From the NCBI GenBank assembly GCA_018711265.1, contig DVIM01000040.1, positions 1-56,946 of the forward strand: 56,946 nt of DNA. Direction: 5' to 3'. How positions within the stretch are numbered: position 1 is the first letter of the stretch; the number at the start of each line of letters is the position of its first letter. A program made the position numbers and the translations under genes. The notes beneath the pieces are model-generated. The model saw only the letters and a program-made list of their open reading frames with translations, had not been told where the DNA came from and did not search any database. Positions 46,175 to 55,381 of this stretch are shown here, piece by piece. The DNA comes from Candidatus Spyradocola merdavium (GTDB lineage: Bacteria; Bacillota; Clostridia; Christensenellales; UBA1750).

Positions 46175-46377
46175 TCGAAGTGGAAGGCACCGTAACGGAA
46201 GCCTATCCGAACGCGATGTTCCAAGTGGAGCTTCCCAATGGCCACAAGATCCTCGCGCACATTTCCGGCAAGCTTAGGATGAACTTCATCCGGATTCTTC
46301 CGGGTGATAAAGTGACCATAGAGCTTTCGCCCTATGACCTGACCAGGGGAAGAATCACCTGGCGCGGCAAGGCGTAA
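46156..46377 (+). CDS. infA: Translation initiation factor IF-1
   Basis: 73 aa, GTG start; ..[49 protein letters not shown].. Confidence 0.95.
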   Translation: MSKQDVIEVEGTVTEAYPNAMFQVELPNGHKILAHISGKLRMNFIRILPGDKVTIELSPYDLTRGRITWRGKA

Positions 46378-46406
46378 ACCCATCACAGCAACGGAGGAAA
46401 ACGAAC

Positions 46407-46520
46407 ATGAAAGTGAGACCGTCTGTAAAGCCGATCTGCGAAAAGTGCAAGATCATCAAGCGGAAGGGCCGCGTCATGGTCATCTGCGAGAATCCCAAGC
46501 ACAAGCAGCGTCAGGGCTAA
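46407..46520 (+). CDS. rpmJ: 50S ribosomal protein L36
   Basis: Not in the ORF track because it is too short. I translated [37 protein letters not shown] (37 aa), with a GGAGGAAAA RBS. Confidence 0.9.
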   Translation: MKVRPSVKPICEKCKIIKRKGRVMVICENPKHKQRQG

Positions 46521-46645
46521 AGGACCCAAACCGCTTTATCTGATTGCGTAGTGCGGCTGCACGGGAGTCCCCCGTGATCTGCGTGATTTTGATAAATAGA
46601 TCAACCACGTTAAGACCCCACGATTTACGGAGGTGTTGAGGCACA

Positions 46646-47023
46646 ATGGCACGTATTGCGGGCGTTGACCTGCCCAGAGAGAAGCGCGTCGAAATTGGGC
46701 TGACCTATATCTTTGGCATCGGCAGAGCCACTGCCGATGAAATCCTCAGCAAGACCGGCATCAACCCGGACACCCGCGTCAAGGACCTGTCCGAGACCGA
46801 GGTTGCGCAGCTGAGAGACTATATCGAGCACAACCTGAAGGTGGAGGGCGACCTCCGCCGTGAGGTTTCCCTCAATATCAAGCGTCTTGTGGAAATCGGC
46901 TGCTATCGCGGCGTGCGTCATCGCCGCGGCCTGCCCGTTCGCGGCCAGTCGACCAAGCAGAACGCGCGCACCCGCAAGGGCCCCAAGAAGCAGGTCGCGG
47001 GTAAGAAGAAGGCTACCAAGTAA
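46646..47023 (+). CDS. rpsM: 30S ribosomal protein S13
   Basis: 125 aa; [26 protein letters not shown].. Confidence 0.95.
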   Translation: MARIAGVDLPREKRVEIGLTYIFGIGRATADEILSKTGINPDTRVKDLSETEVAQLRDYIEHNLKVEGDLRREVSLNIKRLVEIGCYRGVRHRRGLPVRGQSTKQNARTRKGPKKQVAGKKKATK

Positions 47024-47047
47024 GCCGTCAGAAGAGGAGGGAACATC

Positions 47048-47452
47048 ATGGCGAAGACCACTAAGGTGACCAAGCGTGTGGTTCGCAAGCGCAAGGAGCG
47101 CAAGAACGTTGAGCGCGGCGCTGCGCACATCGCTTCGTCCTTCAACAATACCATCGTAACCATCACCGACACCGCTGGAAACGCCCTGTCCTGGGCCTCT
47201 GCCGGCGGACTCGGCTTCCGCGGCAGCAAGAAGTCTACGCCCTTTGCGGCGCAGATGGCGGCGGAGACCGCGGCCAAGGCGGCCATGGAGCATGGCCTGA
47301 AGACCGTCGAGGTGTATGTCAAAGGCCCCGGTTCCGGACGCGAGGCGGCGATCCGCTCGCTGCAGGCGGCTGGACTCGAGGTTTCCCTGATCAAGGACGT
47401 GACCCCCATCCCCCACAACGGATGCCGTCCGCCCAAGCGCAGAAGAGTGTAG
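47048..47452 (+). CDS. rpsK: 30S ribosomal protein S11
   Basis: 134 aa; ..[30 protein letters not shown].. Confidence 0.95.
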   Translation: MAKTTKVTKRVVRKRKERKNVERGAAHIASSFNNTIVTITDTAGNALSWASAGGLGFRGSKKSTPFAAQMAAETAAKAAMEHGLKTVEVYVKGPGSGREAAIRSLQAAGLEVSLIKDVTPIPHNGCRPPKRRRV

Positions 47453-47465
47453 GAGGTAAAGCCCA

Positions 47466-48092
47466 ATGGCACGTTATACTGGTTCCGTCTGCCGCCTGTG
47501 CAGACGCGAAGGCACGAAGCTGTTTCTGAAGGGCGACCGCTGCTACTCCGCCAAGTGCGCGATCAGCAAGCGCCCCACGCCTCCCGGCATGCACGGGCAG
47601 GCTAGAGCGAGAAAGATGAGCGAGTACGGCATGCAGCTGCGCGAAAAGCAGAAGGTCCGCCGCACCTACGGCGTGCTGGAGACGCAGTTCCGCCGCACGT
47701 TTGACAAGGCCGCGCGCGTCAAGGGCGTCACGGGCGACAACCTGCTGGCCCTGCTCGAGCGCCGCCTGGACAATGTCGTCTACCGCCTGGGCCTGGCCTC
47801 CTCCCGTGCGCAGGCTCGTCAGTTTGTCCGCCACAGCCACATCACCGTCAACGGCAAGAAGGTGAACATCCCCTCCTATGTCGTGGAGACGGGCGACGTC
47901 ATCGGCGTTCGCGAGAAGAGCCGTGACATGGAGCACTTCAAGGCGCTGCGCGAGGGCACGACCCACGTCGTCCCCAAGTGGCTGACCTTTGAGGCGGAGC
48001 AGCTGCAGGGCACCGTCAACGCGCTGCCGCAGCGCGAGGATGTCGACATGGCGTTCGAGGAGCACCTCATCGTCGAGCTGTACTCCAAGTAA
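47466..48092 (+). CDS. rpsD: 30S ribosomal protein S4
   Basis: 208 aa; [26 protein letters not shown].. Confidence 0.95.
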   Translation: MARYTGSVCRLCRREGTKLFLKGDRCYSAKCAISKRPTPPGMHGQARARKMSEYGMQLREKQKVRRTYGVLETQFRRTFDKAARVKGVTGDNLLALLERRLDNVVYRLGLASSRAQARQFVRHSHITVNGKKVNIPSYVVETGDVIGVREKSRDMEHFKALREGTTHVVPKWLTFEAEQLQGTVNALPQREDVDMAFEEHLIVELYSK

Positions 48093-48178
48093 GGATGCAG
48101 CCTGAACGAATGGAGCATCGAACGCGGATTGACGCCTACCGCAATGCGATTTGCGCTTGATGAGGAGGGATAGAGTCT

Positions 48179-49123
48179 ATGATTGAAATGGAAAAGCCCA
48201 GAATCGAATGTGTCGAGATAAGCGAAGGCAACCTGTACGGCAAGTTCGTCATCGAGCCGCTGGAGCGCGGATTCGGCACGACCTTGGGCAATTCACTGCG
48301 CAGGATTTTGCTTTCCTCGTTGCCCGGCGTAGCGGTCTCATCTGTCCGCATCGATGGCGTCTTGCATGAGTTTTCCACGATTCCTGGAGTGAAGGAGGAT
48401 GTCACCGAGATCATCCTCAACCTCAAGGCACTGTCCGCAAAGCTGTATTGCGATGGACCCAAGGTGGTCACGATCTCCGCCTCCGGCGAGTGCGTGGTCA
48501 CCGCGGGGGACATCGTCTGCGACGAGCAGGTCGAGATCATCAATCCCGACCTGGTCATCGCAACCCTCAATGAGGATGCGCACCTGAACATGGAGATCAC
48601 CCTGTGCAAGGGCCGCGGCTACGTCTCCGCGGACCGGAACAAGACCCCCAACATGCCCATCGGCGTGCTGCCCGTGGACTCCATCTTCACGCCCATCCGC
48701 AAGGTCAATTACACCATCGAGAACACGCGCGTCGGCCAGATGACGGACTACGACAAGCTGACGCTCGAAGTGTGGACAGACGGAAGCATCAAGCCGGATG
48801 AAGCCACTTCCATGGCGGCAAAGATCTTATCCGAGCACTTAATGCTGTTTATCAATCTTACCGAGAACGTCGTGCCGGTCGACTTCAACGAGCCGGAGGA
48901 CAACAAGATGGAAAAGGTGCAGGAGATGACCATCGAAGAGCTGGATCTTTCCGTTCGCGCCTACAACTGCCTCAAGCGCGCCAACATCAACACGGTAGCA
49001 GAGCTCGTGCAGCGCAATGAGGAAGACATGATGAAAGTGCGCAACCTGGGCAAAAAGTCGCTCGAGGAAGTGGAGCAGAAGCTCGCCGCACTGGGCCTGA
49101 GCCTGCGCCGCAGCGAGGAATAA
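48179..49123 (+). CDS. rpoA: DNA-directed RNA polymerase subunit alpha
   Basis: 314 aa; ..[28 protein letters not shown].. and C-terminal ..[14 protein letters not shown].. Confidence 0.95.
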   Translation: MIEMEKPRIECVEISEGNLYGKFVIEPLERGFGTTLGNSLRRILLSSLPGVAVSSVRIDGVLHEFSTIPGVKEDVTEIILNLKALSAKLYCDGPKVVTISASGECVVTAGDIVCDEQVEIINPDLVIATLNEDAHLNMEITLCKGRGYVSADRNKTPNMPIGVLPVDSIFTPIRKVNYTIENTRVGQMTDYDKLTLEVWTDGSIKPDEATSMAAKILSEHLMLFINLTENVVPVDFNEPEDNKMEKVQEMTIEELDLSVRAYNCLKRANINTVAELVQRNEEDMMKVRNLGKKSLEEVEQKLAALGLSLRRSEE

Positions 49124-49214
49124 CGCCCCGCGCACAGAAAATCAGGTGCGAAAAGCACCGGACCCGGCAGCGCCGCGTCGCGCCGCAGGGCAATTCGCAA
49201 GGAGGGAAACAACC

Positions 49215-49727
49215 ATGGCCAAGGAACGCAAGCTCGGCCGTCCGGCTGACCAGCGTAAGGCACTCCTGCGCAACCAGGTCTCTCAGCTGATCTGGAACGG
49301 CAAGATCACCACCACCTTGGATCGCGCCAAGGAGGTGCGCTCCATCGCGGAGAAGCTCATTACTCTTGCCATGCGCGAGTGTGACAATACCGTAGAAGTC
49401 ACCAAGACCTATAAGAACGATAAGGGCCAGGAGGTCACCGAGACCTTCGTCAACGACGCGCCCTCTAAGCTCCATGCGCGCCGCATCCTGATGGCGTACC
49501 TGTACGACCTGCAGGAGCAGAAGAAGCCCGACGAGAGCAAGGCCGACTTCAAGGAGCGCACCAAGGACATCAAGCACCCGATCATTGAGAAGATGTTCCG
49601 CGAGTACGCGCCCAAGTACAACAAGCGCAAGGCGGAGCTCGGCCAGGGCGGCGGCTACACCCGCATCCTGAAGATGGGCCCGCGCAAGGGCGACGGCGCC
49701 GAGATGGTCGTCCTCGAGCTGATCTAA
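49215..49727 (+). CDS. rplQ: 50S ribosomal protein L17 (extended form)
   Basis: 170 aa from [21 protein letters not shown].. ..[26 protein letters not shown]. Two internal insertions relative to B. subtilis L17 as I recall it. Confidence 0.9.
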   Translation: MAKERKLGRPADQRKALLRNQVSQLIWNGKITTTLDRAKEVRSIAEKLITLAMRECDNTVEVTKTYKNDKGQEVTETFVNDAPSKLHARRILMAYLYDLQEQKKPDESKADFKERTKDIKHPIIEKMFREYAPKYNKRKAELGQGGGYTRILKMGPRKGDGAEMVVLELI

Positions 49728-49750
49728 GCCCAATCCCTTTGCAGCAAAAA

Positions 49751-49784
49751 ACGGACGTCCCCCACTGGGGGCGTCCGTTTTTTT
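49751..49784. terminator. Bidirectional rho-independent terminator
   Basis: A-run, ACGGACGTCCCC cact GGGGCGTCCGT, T7. Lies between rplQ (+) and the SLOG gene (-). Confidence 0.8.
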
Positions 49785-49811
49785 GCACTCCCAAAGAAAG
49801 GATGGCGCGGG

Positions 49812-50213
49812 TCAGGGCGCGCAGGGAGCCTCCTCGGGGGGAAAGTAGTAGAAGATGGGCTTGCCCTGCTTCTCGGCCTCGCAGAGCTGCATCATCAAGT
49901 CGTTGAAGAACCACGGGGTGCAGGCGACGACGGCGTCCGCGCGGTCGATCATCCAGCGGTTGCACGCCTCGTGGCTGCGTTCGGAGAGCAGGGGCCGACC
50001 GGGACAGTAGACCCAGTGGACCAGGACGTCCGGCCGCTCCTCGCAGAAGCGGAACATCACGCCCGAGGCCACGTCGTCGAACCAACAGCCGCTGCCCACG
50101 TAAAAGCGGCGCGCTCCGCGGTCGTAGAGAAAGGACACCATCGAGGACAGCCAGCTGCGCACGAGGGCATCGCCCTCGAAATCCCAGTCGCCGACAAAGG
50201 CTACGGAATTCAT
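49812..50213 (-). CDS. SLOG/DUF1273 (YpsA-like) family protein, degenerate paralog
   Basis: 133 aa. Alignable by eye to the upstream paralog (..RGARRFYVGSGCWFDDVASG.., ..CNRWMIDRADAVVAC..), but family motifs are replaced: GHR becomes GDW, GGxGxFD becomes GSGCWFD, and RNRWMVD becomes CNRWMID. Confidence 0.6.
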   Translation of the reverse strand: MNSVAFVGDWDFEGDALVRSWLSSMVSFLYDRGARRFYVGSGCWFDDVASGVMFRFCEERPDVLVHWVYCPGRPLLSERSHEACNRWMIDRADAVVACTPWFFNDLMMQLCEAEKQGKPIFYYFPPEEAPCAP

Positions 50214-50220
50214 GGGGGGT

Positions 50221-50670
50221 TCACCTCACAATCTGCATCGGGGGGGGAAAAGAAAGGACAGCCTTGCCGCGGCGCTGGGCGTAGCGGAGCATCTCCGCCG
50301 CGCCGCCCCAGCTGCGCTGCACGCAGGCGACGACGACGTCCGCCTGGTCGACCATCCAGCGGTTGCGGCGGGCGATGGCGAACCGGCGGGGCACGCGCTC
50401 CAGGGGCGGGTAGACGCTCGCCATGCCCGGCTGCGGCGCGGGCCCGGCATCCAGGTAGGGGCGAACGAGCACGACCTCGACCTCCGGATGCGCCGCGCGC
50501 AGGGAGAGCGCGGCCGCGGCCGCCGCGGCGTCGAAGGCGCCGTACCCGCCGACGTAGAAGCGGCGCGCGCCCTGGGCGTAAAGACAGGGGAGCGTCCGGC
50601 GGAGCCAGGCCTCCACAGCGGCGCGGTCCGGGAGGTCCCTGTGGCCGCAGAAGGTCACGGTCTTGCACAT
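50221..50670 (-). CDS. SLOG/DUF1273 (YpsA-like) family protein
   Basis: 149 aa from MCKTVTFCGHRDL.. (AAGGAGGG RBS). ..ARRFYVGGYGAFDAAAA.., ..RRNRWMVDQADVVVACV..WGGAAEMLRYAQRRGKAV.. matches the clostridial DUF1273 pattern. Confidence 0.7.
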   Translation of the reverse strand: MCKTVTFCGHRDLPDRAAVEAWLRRTLPCLYAQGARRFYVGGYGAFDAAAAAAALSLRAAHPEVEVVLVRPYLDAGPAPQPGMASVYPPLERVPRRFAIARRNRWMVDQADVVVACVQRSWGGAAEMLRYAQRRGKAVLSFPPPMQIVR

Positions 50671-50710
50671 TACAATCCCTCCTTTAGTATTATACCGCGA
50701 AATCTGGGAA

Positions 50711-50730
50711 TAGTTCAACTACAGGAACTA
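50711..50730. promoter_or_regulatory. Inverted repeat in SLOG/XRE divergent intergenic region (candidate operator)
   Basis: TAGTTC-aactacag-GAACTA, with an additional GAACT half-site at ~50743. Confidence 0.35.
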
Positions 50731-50778
50731 TCTTCTGCACCTGAACTCCTAGAATGAATGCGGAAGGGGGGAATGCTG

Positions 50779-51018
50779 ATGCAGCTCAAAGAAGCCATTA
50801 GCCTGCGGCTGAAAGAGCTGCTGCAAGAAAAAGGTATGACGCAATACCAGCTATTTCTAAAAAGCGGCGTGCCGAAATCCACGATTCACAACGTGATCCA
50901 CGGCAACTACCCCTCTGTAAAGATCCGCATCATCCATGAAATGTGCCAGGGCTTGGGAATCAGCCTGAGCACGTTTTTCACCTCCCCCGTCTTTGACGAG
51001 GAGAACCTGGACCCCTGA
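50779..51018 (+). CDS. XRE family helix-turn-helix transcriptional regulator
   Basis: 79 aa from MQLKEAISLRLKELLQEKGMTQYQLFLKSGVPKSTIHNVIHG.. (Cro/C1-type HTH). An alternative ATG lies at 50773. Confidence 0.75.
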   Translation: MQLKEAISLRLKELLQEKGMTQYQLFLKSGVPKSTIHNVIHGNYPSVKIRIIHEMCQGLGISLSTFFTSPVFDEENLDP

Positions 51019-51057
51019 ACGGGCCGGCGGCAGCAGCGCGCCGGCCCGTTTTGTTTC
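51019..51057 (+). terminator. Rho-independent terminator
   Basis: ACGGGCCGGCG / CGCCGGCCCGT stem followed by TTTTGTTT. Confidence 0.75.
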
Positions 51058-51084
51058 GATTCTGCAACGCCTCCGCTTCCGCGA

Positions 51085-51111
51085 TTGACAAGCGCGCGTT
51101 TTCCATATACT
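51085..51111 (+). promoter_or_regulatory. Weak candidate promoter of HEAT-abfA unit
   Basis: TTGACA, then only a 15-nt spacer, then TATACT. The spacing is suboptimal. Confidence 0.3.
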
Positions 51112-51144
51112 CTAGTAGTTGGAAAGAGAAGGGGAGGATGGGGA

Positions 51145-52293
51145 ATGTCCTGGTTTTCCGTGGAACACCTGAAGGAGAAGAAGAAGATCGCCGCGCTCGC
51201 CCGCGTCGCCCGCCGCAGCCGCGGCGAGAGGCAGCGCAAGGCCGCCCAGGCCCTGGCCGACATCGGCGACGGCGAGGCCGCGCGCGCCCTGCTCACGCTC
51301 GCCGCCAGCGACGACATCGCCGTCTGGGAGCCCGCGCAGGCGGCCATCTGCACAATCCGCAACGAGGCCGCCGTGCCCGCCCTGTGCGACGCGCTCCTCT
51401 CCAGCGGATACAACGGCGTCAAGTGCGTGCTCGCCGCCCTGACCAACATGGAGAGCGATCTGGCCTTAAACGGCCTGCTCAAGGCGCTGGAGGACCCAAA
51501 GCTTGCGCCGGACGTGCTCGCCGCGCTGCGCGGCCGCAACCGCGCCGAGATGGTCCCCCCCTTGGAGGACCTGCTCGAGGAGCTCACCGCCCGCGAGGCC
51601 ACGGGCGCAAAGTCCCGCCTCTGGCAGCAGAGCCTCTGCCGCCAGATCCTCGAACTCCTCACCGAGGTCGACGACATCGGCGCCATCAAGGCGCTGCACC
51701 ACTTCCTGCGCAACCGGGAGGGCGCGCCCGTGCGCCTGCGCGTGCAGGCCGCCCACGCCCTGGCCGCAAAGGGCCTGCCCGGCGAGGAGGCCCTTGCCGG
51801 CTACGTCGGCGAGAAGTTCACGGACGTGGACCGCGTGATGCTGCTGATGGAGTGCATGCCCAACGAGGAGCTGCTGGACATCCTCTTTGCGGTCATGCCG
51901 CCCAACTCCGCGGACGAGTTCGGCCAGGCGCTCATGGCCAGCCTCAACCGCATGGAGCCCGGACACTGGAAGTACATCGTCGCCCTGATCGAGCGGCTCG
52001 ACCGCGACAACGCGCGCAGCGCGCTGCTGATGTGGTTCGTGCAGACCAAGGCCGCCAGCCCGGACGCCGCCTATGCCCTGGCCCGCCACGGCAACACGCG
52101 GCCCGTGCTCGTCAAGCGCCTGGTGGACATGGTCCGCTTCGAGGACCAGGACATCCGCCTGCGCGCCGGCGACCTGCTCTACCGCCTCTACGCGGACAAG
52201 CTCATCACCGAGGAGGGCGTCCACCTGGTCGAGGCCAAGACGGACGAGGAGGGCAAGGTCACGGACTACGAATACATCGGCTACAAGGACTAA
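51145..52293 (+). CDS. HEAT-repeat protein
   Basis: 382 aa from MSWFSVEHL. Repeated ..AAxALxxIGDxxAVxALxxAL.. helical units (PBS-lyase HEAT-like). Confidence 0.65.
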   Translation: MSWFSVEHLKEKKKIAALARVARRSRGERQRKAAQALADIGDGEAARALLTLAASDDIAVWEPAQAAICTIRNEAAVPALCDALLSSGYNGVKCVLAALTNMESDLALNGLLKALEDPKLAPDVLAALRGRNRAEMVPPLEDLLEELTAREATGAKSRLWQQSLCRQILELLTEVDDIGAIKALHHFLRNREGAPVRLRVQAAHALAAKGLPGEEALAGYVGEKFTDVDRVMLLMECMPNEELLDILFAVMPPNSADEFGQALMASLNRMEPGHWKYIVALIERLDRDNARSALLMWFVQTKAASPDAAYALARHGNTRPVLVKRLVDMVRFEDQDIRLRAGDLLYRLYADKLITEEGVHLVEAKTDEEGKVTDYEYIGYKD

Positions 52294-52315
52294 AGAGACA
52301 GAGGAGGAACCCACT

Positions 52316-53794
52316 ATGCAGGCAAAGCTCACCCTGGACAAGGATTTTTCCATCGGCAAGGTCGACGAAAGGCTCTACGGCTCCTTCATCGAGCACCTGG
52401 GCCGCGCGGTCTACACCGGCATCTTTGAGCCCGGCCACGGCACCGCGGACGAGCAGGGCTTCCGCCGCGACGTCATGGACCTGATCCGCAAACTGCAGAT
52501 CCCGATCATCCGCTATCCGGGCGGAAACTTCGTCTCCGGCTACCGCTGGACGGACGGCATCGGCCCCAAGGACAAGCGCCCCCGCCGCCTGGACTACGCC
52601 TGGACGAGCCTGGAGACGAACCAGTTCGGCATCGACGAGTTCGCCGACTGGTGCAAGAAGGCCGGAACCCACGCCATGGTCGCGGTGAACCTGGGCACCG
52701 GCACGCCCCAGCAGGCCGCGGACCTGGTCGAATACTGCAACTTCCCCGGCGGCACGTACTGGAGCGACCTACGCATCGCCAACGGCCACAAGGAGCCGCA
52801 CAACTTCCGCGTCTGGTGCCTGGGCAACGAGATGGACGGCCCCTGGCAGACCTGCGCCAAGACCGCGGACGAGTACGGCCACGTCGCCAACGAGGCCGCC
52901 AAGATGATGAAGTGGGTCGACCCCACGATCGAGCTGGTCGCCTGCGGGTCCTCCTCCGCGGAGATCGCGACCTACCCCGAGTGGGACCGCAAGGTGCTCG
53001 AGTGGACGTACGACAACGTGGACTTCCTCTCCATGCACCGCTACTACGGCTACAAGGGCGACGTCACGGCGTACCTGGCCTCGTATGCGGACCTGGACGC
53101 GTTCCTGAGCGCGGGCATCGCCGCGGCGGACTATGTCAAGGCCTACAAGCGCTCCAAGAAGGTCATGAAGATCTCCCTGGACGAGTGGAACGCCTGGTAC
53201 TGCGACCACGGCACGCAGGAGCCCTGGACCGTCGCCCCGGCCCTGGAGGAGCAGACCTACAACGTCATGGACGCGCTGTGCGTCGGCGGCCTGCTCTGCA
53301 CGATGATCAACCGCTCGGACCGCGTGCGCATGGGCTGCCTGGCGCAGCTGGTCAACTGCCTGGCCATCGTCATGACCGAGCCCGGCAAGAGCGCCTACGC
53401 GCAGACGACGTACTATCCCTTCCTGCACGCCTCGCTCTACGGCCGTGGGGAGGCCCTGCGCCCGCTGCTCAAGGCCCCGAAGCTCGCTGCCGGAACCGGC
53501 GAGTTCGACGCCGTGACCGCCGCGGCGACCTTTGACGAGGAGAAGGGCGAGATGACCGTCTTTGCCCTGAACCTGGCGGAGGAAGCGGTCGACCTGCACC
53601 TGAGTGCCCGCTCCTTTGCAAACCTTGCGCCCGTGGAGCACATCGTGCTGGACGGCGACCTGTTCGCGCAGAACACGTTCGCCGAGCCGGAGAAGGTCCT
53701 GCCCCACAGCGCGCCCGTCGCCGCGTGCGAAAAGGGCGAGAGCGACCTCAAGTTGCCGGCGCGGTCCTGGAACGTGCTGCGGTTCTCGATTTAA
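52316..53794 (+). CDS. abfA: Alpha-L-arabinofuranosidase, GH51
   Basis: 492 aa from MQAKLTLDKDFSIGKVDERLYGSFIEHLGRAVYTGIFEP..IIRYPGGNFVSGYRWTDGIGP..WCLGNEMDGPWQ (catalytic NEM motif). No signal peptide. Confidence 0.85.
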   Translation: MQAKLTLDKDFSIGKVDERLYGSFIEHLGRAVYTGIFEPGHGTADEQGFRRDVMDLIRKLQIPIIRYPGGNFVSGYRWTDGIGPKDKRPRRLDYAWTSLETNQFGIDEFADWCKKAGTHAMVAVNLGTGTPQQAADLVEYCNFPGGTYWSDLRIANGHKEPHNFRVWCLGNEMDGPWQTCAKTADEYGHVANEAAKMMKWVDPTIELVACGSSSAEIATYPEWDRKVLEWTYDNVDFLSMHRYYGYKGDVTAYLASYADLDAFLSAGIAAADYVKAYKRSKKVMKISLDEWNAWYCDHGTQEPWTVAPALEEQTYNVMDALCVGGLLCTMINRSDRVRMGCLAQLVNCLAIVMTEPGKSAYAQTTYYPFLHASLYGRGEALRPLLKAPKLAAGTGEFDAVTAAATFDEEKGEMTVFALNLAEEAVDLHLSARSFANLAPVEHIVLDGDLFAQNTFAEPEKVLPHSAPVAACEKGESDLKLPARSWNVLRFSI

Positions 53795-53803
53795 CGCGCC
53801 TTT

Positions 53804-53850
53804 GGCGGCGCGGGAGCAATGCTTCGCTCCCGCGCCGCCCTTTTTTGTTC
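53804..53850 (+). terminator. Rho-independent terminator
   Basis: 14-bp stem GGCGGCGCGGGAGC / GCTCCCGCGCCGCC followed by T6. Confidence 0.8.
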
Positions 53851-53889
53851 TGAAATGCGGAACGCCCGGCGAGGAATTTCGGCCGCGGA

Positions 53890-53918
53890 TTGAGCGAAAG
53901 GAAAATTTGTGTTAACAT
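53890..53918 (+). promoter_or_regulatory. Candidate extended -10 promoter of aldolase operon
   Basis: TTGAGC, 17-nt spacer, TGtTAACAT. Confidence 0.45.
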
Positions 53919-53952
53919 ATACGTAAGATATATTTTGGGGGAGGGAAACGAT

Positions 53953-54801
53953 ATGCCTTACGTTTCGACAATGGAGATTTACCAGGATGGTCTGCAGAAG
54001 GGATATGGCACGCCCATGTTCAACTGCATCAACTACGAGATGATCCGCTGGGCCATCGAGGCCGCAGAGGAGGTCGGCATGCCCGTGCTCATCGGCCACT
54101 TCTACGGCTTTGAGACGAACATGGACCCTGCGGTGGCCGAGATGGTGACCAAGTACTACGCCTCCAAGGTCAAGGTGCCCGTCGCGTTCCACCTGGACCA
54201 CTGCCCCACGGCCGAGATCTGCATCAGCCGCATGAAGCACTTCGACTCCGTGATGATCGACGGCTCGCACTACGACTTTGAGGAGAACGTCCGCCTGACC
54301 AAGGAGGTCGCCGACATCGCGCACAAGATGGGCATCGTCGTCGAGGCAGAGCTGGGCAAGGTCGGCAACGCCGGCAACGCCGCGGACGTCAACAACCCCG
54401 ACACGTACACGGACGTGCAGCAGGCCGTGGAGTTCGTCGAGCGCACGGGCTGCGATTCCCTGGCCATCGCCATCGGCAATGCGCACGGAAACTACGTCGC
54501 CAAGCCCAACCTGGCCTTTGACCGCCTGCGCGAGCTGCGCGCCGCGCTCGATCTTCCCCTGGTGCTGCACGGCGGAAGCGGCATCCCGGACGACCAGTTC
54601 GGCCGCTGCGCCGCGGAGGGCATGAGCAAGTTCAACATCTTCACGGAATACAATATGACGCTCTCCAACGCCATGAAGGCTTCGCTGGATCGGCAGAACA
54701 AGGGCGGCCTGCAGGTGCTCTGCGACTGCAAGGAGGCCTGCAAGGAGCTCGTGCGCCACAAGATTCGCATCGTCAACCCGAAGGGACTGCGGGTGGTGTA
54801 A
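53953..54801 (+). CDS. Class II fructose/tagatose-bisphosphate aldolase family protein
   Basis: 282 aa from MPYVSTMEI. ..VAFHLDHC.., ..SVMIDGS.., ..EAELG.., ..LAIAIGNAHG.., ..LVLHGGSG.. are class II (FbaA/GatY/KbaY) aldolase motifs. Confidence 0.8.
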   Translation: MPYVSTMEIYQDGLQKGYGTPMFNCINYEMIRWAIEAAEEVGMPVLIGHFYGFETNMDPAVAEMVTKYYASKVKVPVAFHLDHCPTAEICISRMKHFDSVMIDGSHYDFEENVRLTKEVADIAHKMGIVVEAELGKVGNAGNAADVNNPDTYTDVQQAVEFVERTGCDSLAIAIGNAHGNYVAKPNLAFDRLRELRAALDLPLVLHGGSGIPDDQFGRCAAEGMSKFNIFTEYNMTLSNAMKASLDRQNKGGLQVLCDCKEACKELVRHKIRIVNPKGLRVV

Positions 54802-55374
54802 ATGAAAAACACGTTCACCGGGAAGCTCGTGCGCCTGCGCGCGTTTGAGCCCGAGGATCTCGCCCTGTTCGAGGCGGAAGATAAAAACCGCGACACGGAG
54901 AAGGATCGTTGCGACTACATGATCCAGCTCCCGCGCGCGGCCTGGAAGCTGCGGGAGGACTTCCCCAGCCGCCTCAGGCGCGAGGGCGAGATGGAGACCT
55001 TCCGCTTCATGATCGAGGACCTGGAGGGCAACACCGTCGGCTCCATCAACGCGCACGACGTAGACGCGCGCATGGGCACGTTCAGCTACGGCCTGGGCAT
55101 CTACGAGCCGTATCGCCGCAGGGGATACGCGCGGGAGGCCATCCTGCTGCTGCTCCGGTTCTACTTCCTGGAGCTGCGGATGCACAAGTGCAACACCGCG
55201 GCCTATTCCTTCAACGAGGCATCCATCGGGCTGCACCGGAGCCTGGGCTTTGTGGAGGAGGGGCGCCTGCGGGAGTCCGTCTACACAAAGGGGCGCTACT
55301 TCGACGACGTGTGCTTCGGCATGACGCGCGAAGAGTTCCTCGAAAAATACAGCGAATTTGCTCAGGAGGGGTGA
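54802..55374 (+). CDS. GNAT family N-acetyltransferase (RimJ/RimL-like)
   Basis: 190-aa ORF whose ATG abuts the aldolase TAA. ..IYEPYRRRGYAREAILLLLRFYF..NEASIGLHRSLGFVEEGRLRE.. Confidence 0.75.
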   Translation: MKNTFTGKLVRLRAFEPEDLALFEAEDKNRDTEKDRCDYMIQLPRAAWKLREDFPSRLRREGEMETFRFMIEDLEGNTVGSINAHDVDARMGTFSYGLGIYEPYRRRGYAREAILLLLRFYFLELRMHKCNTAAYSFNEASIGLHRSLGFVEEGRLRESVYTKGRYFDDVCFGMTREEFLEKYSEFAQEG

Positions 55375-55381
55375 AGCACCC

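Noticed and set aside
46521-46645. The 125-nt rpmJ-rpsM spacer, with a CACGGG/CCCGTG hairpin and a TTGAT-N6-ATCAA palindrome, as a novel regulatory RNA.
   Set aside because: An internal spc/alpha operon junction with a processing site, partial terminator or S4-type leader is expected here. I could not define a convincing promoter or a specific structure by eye.
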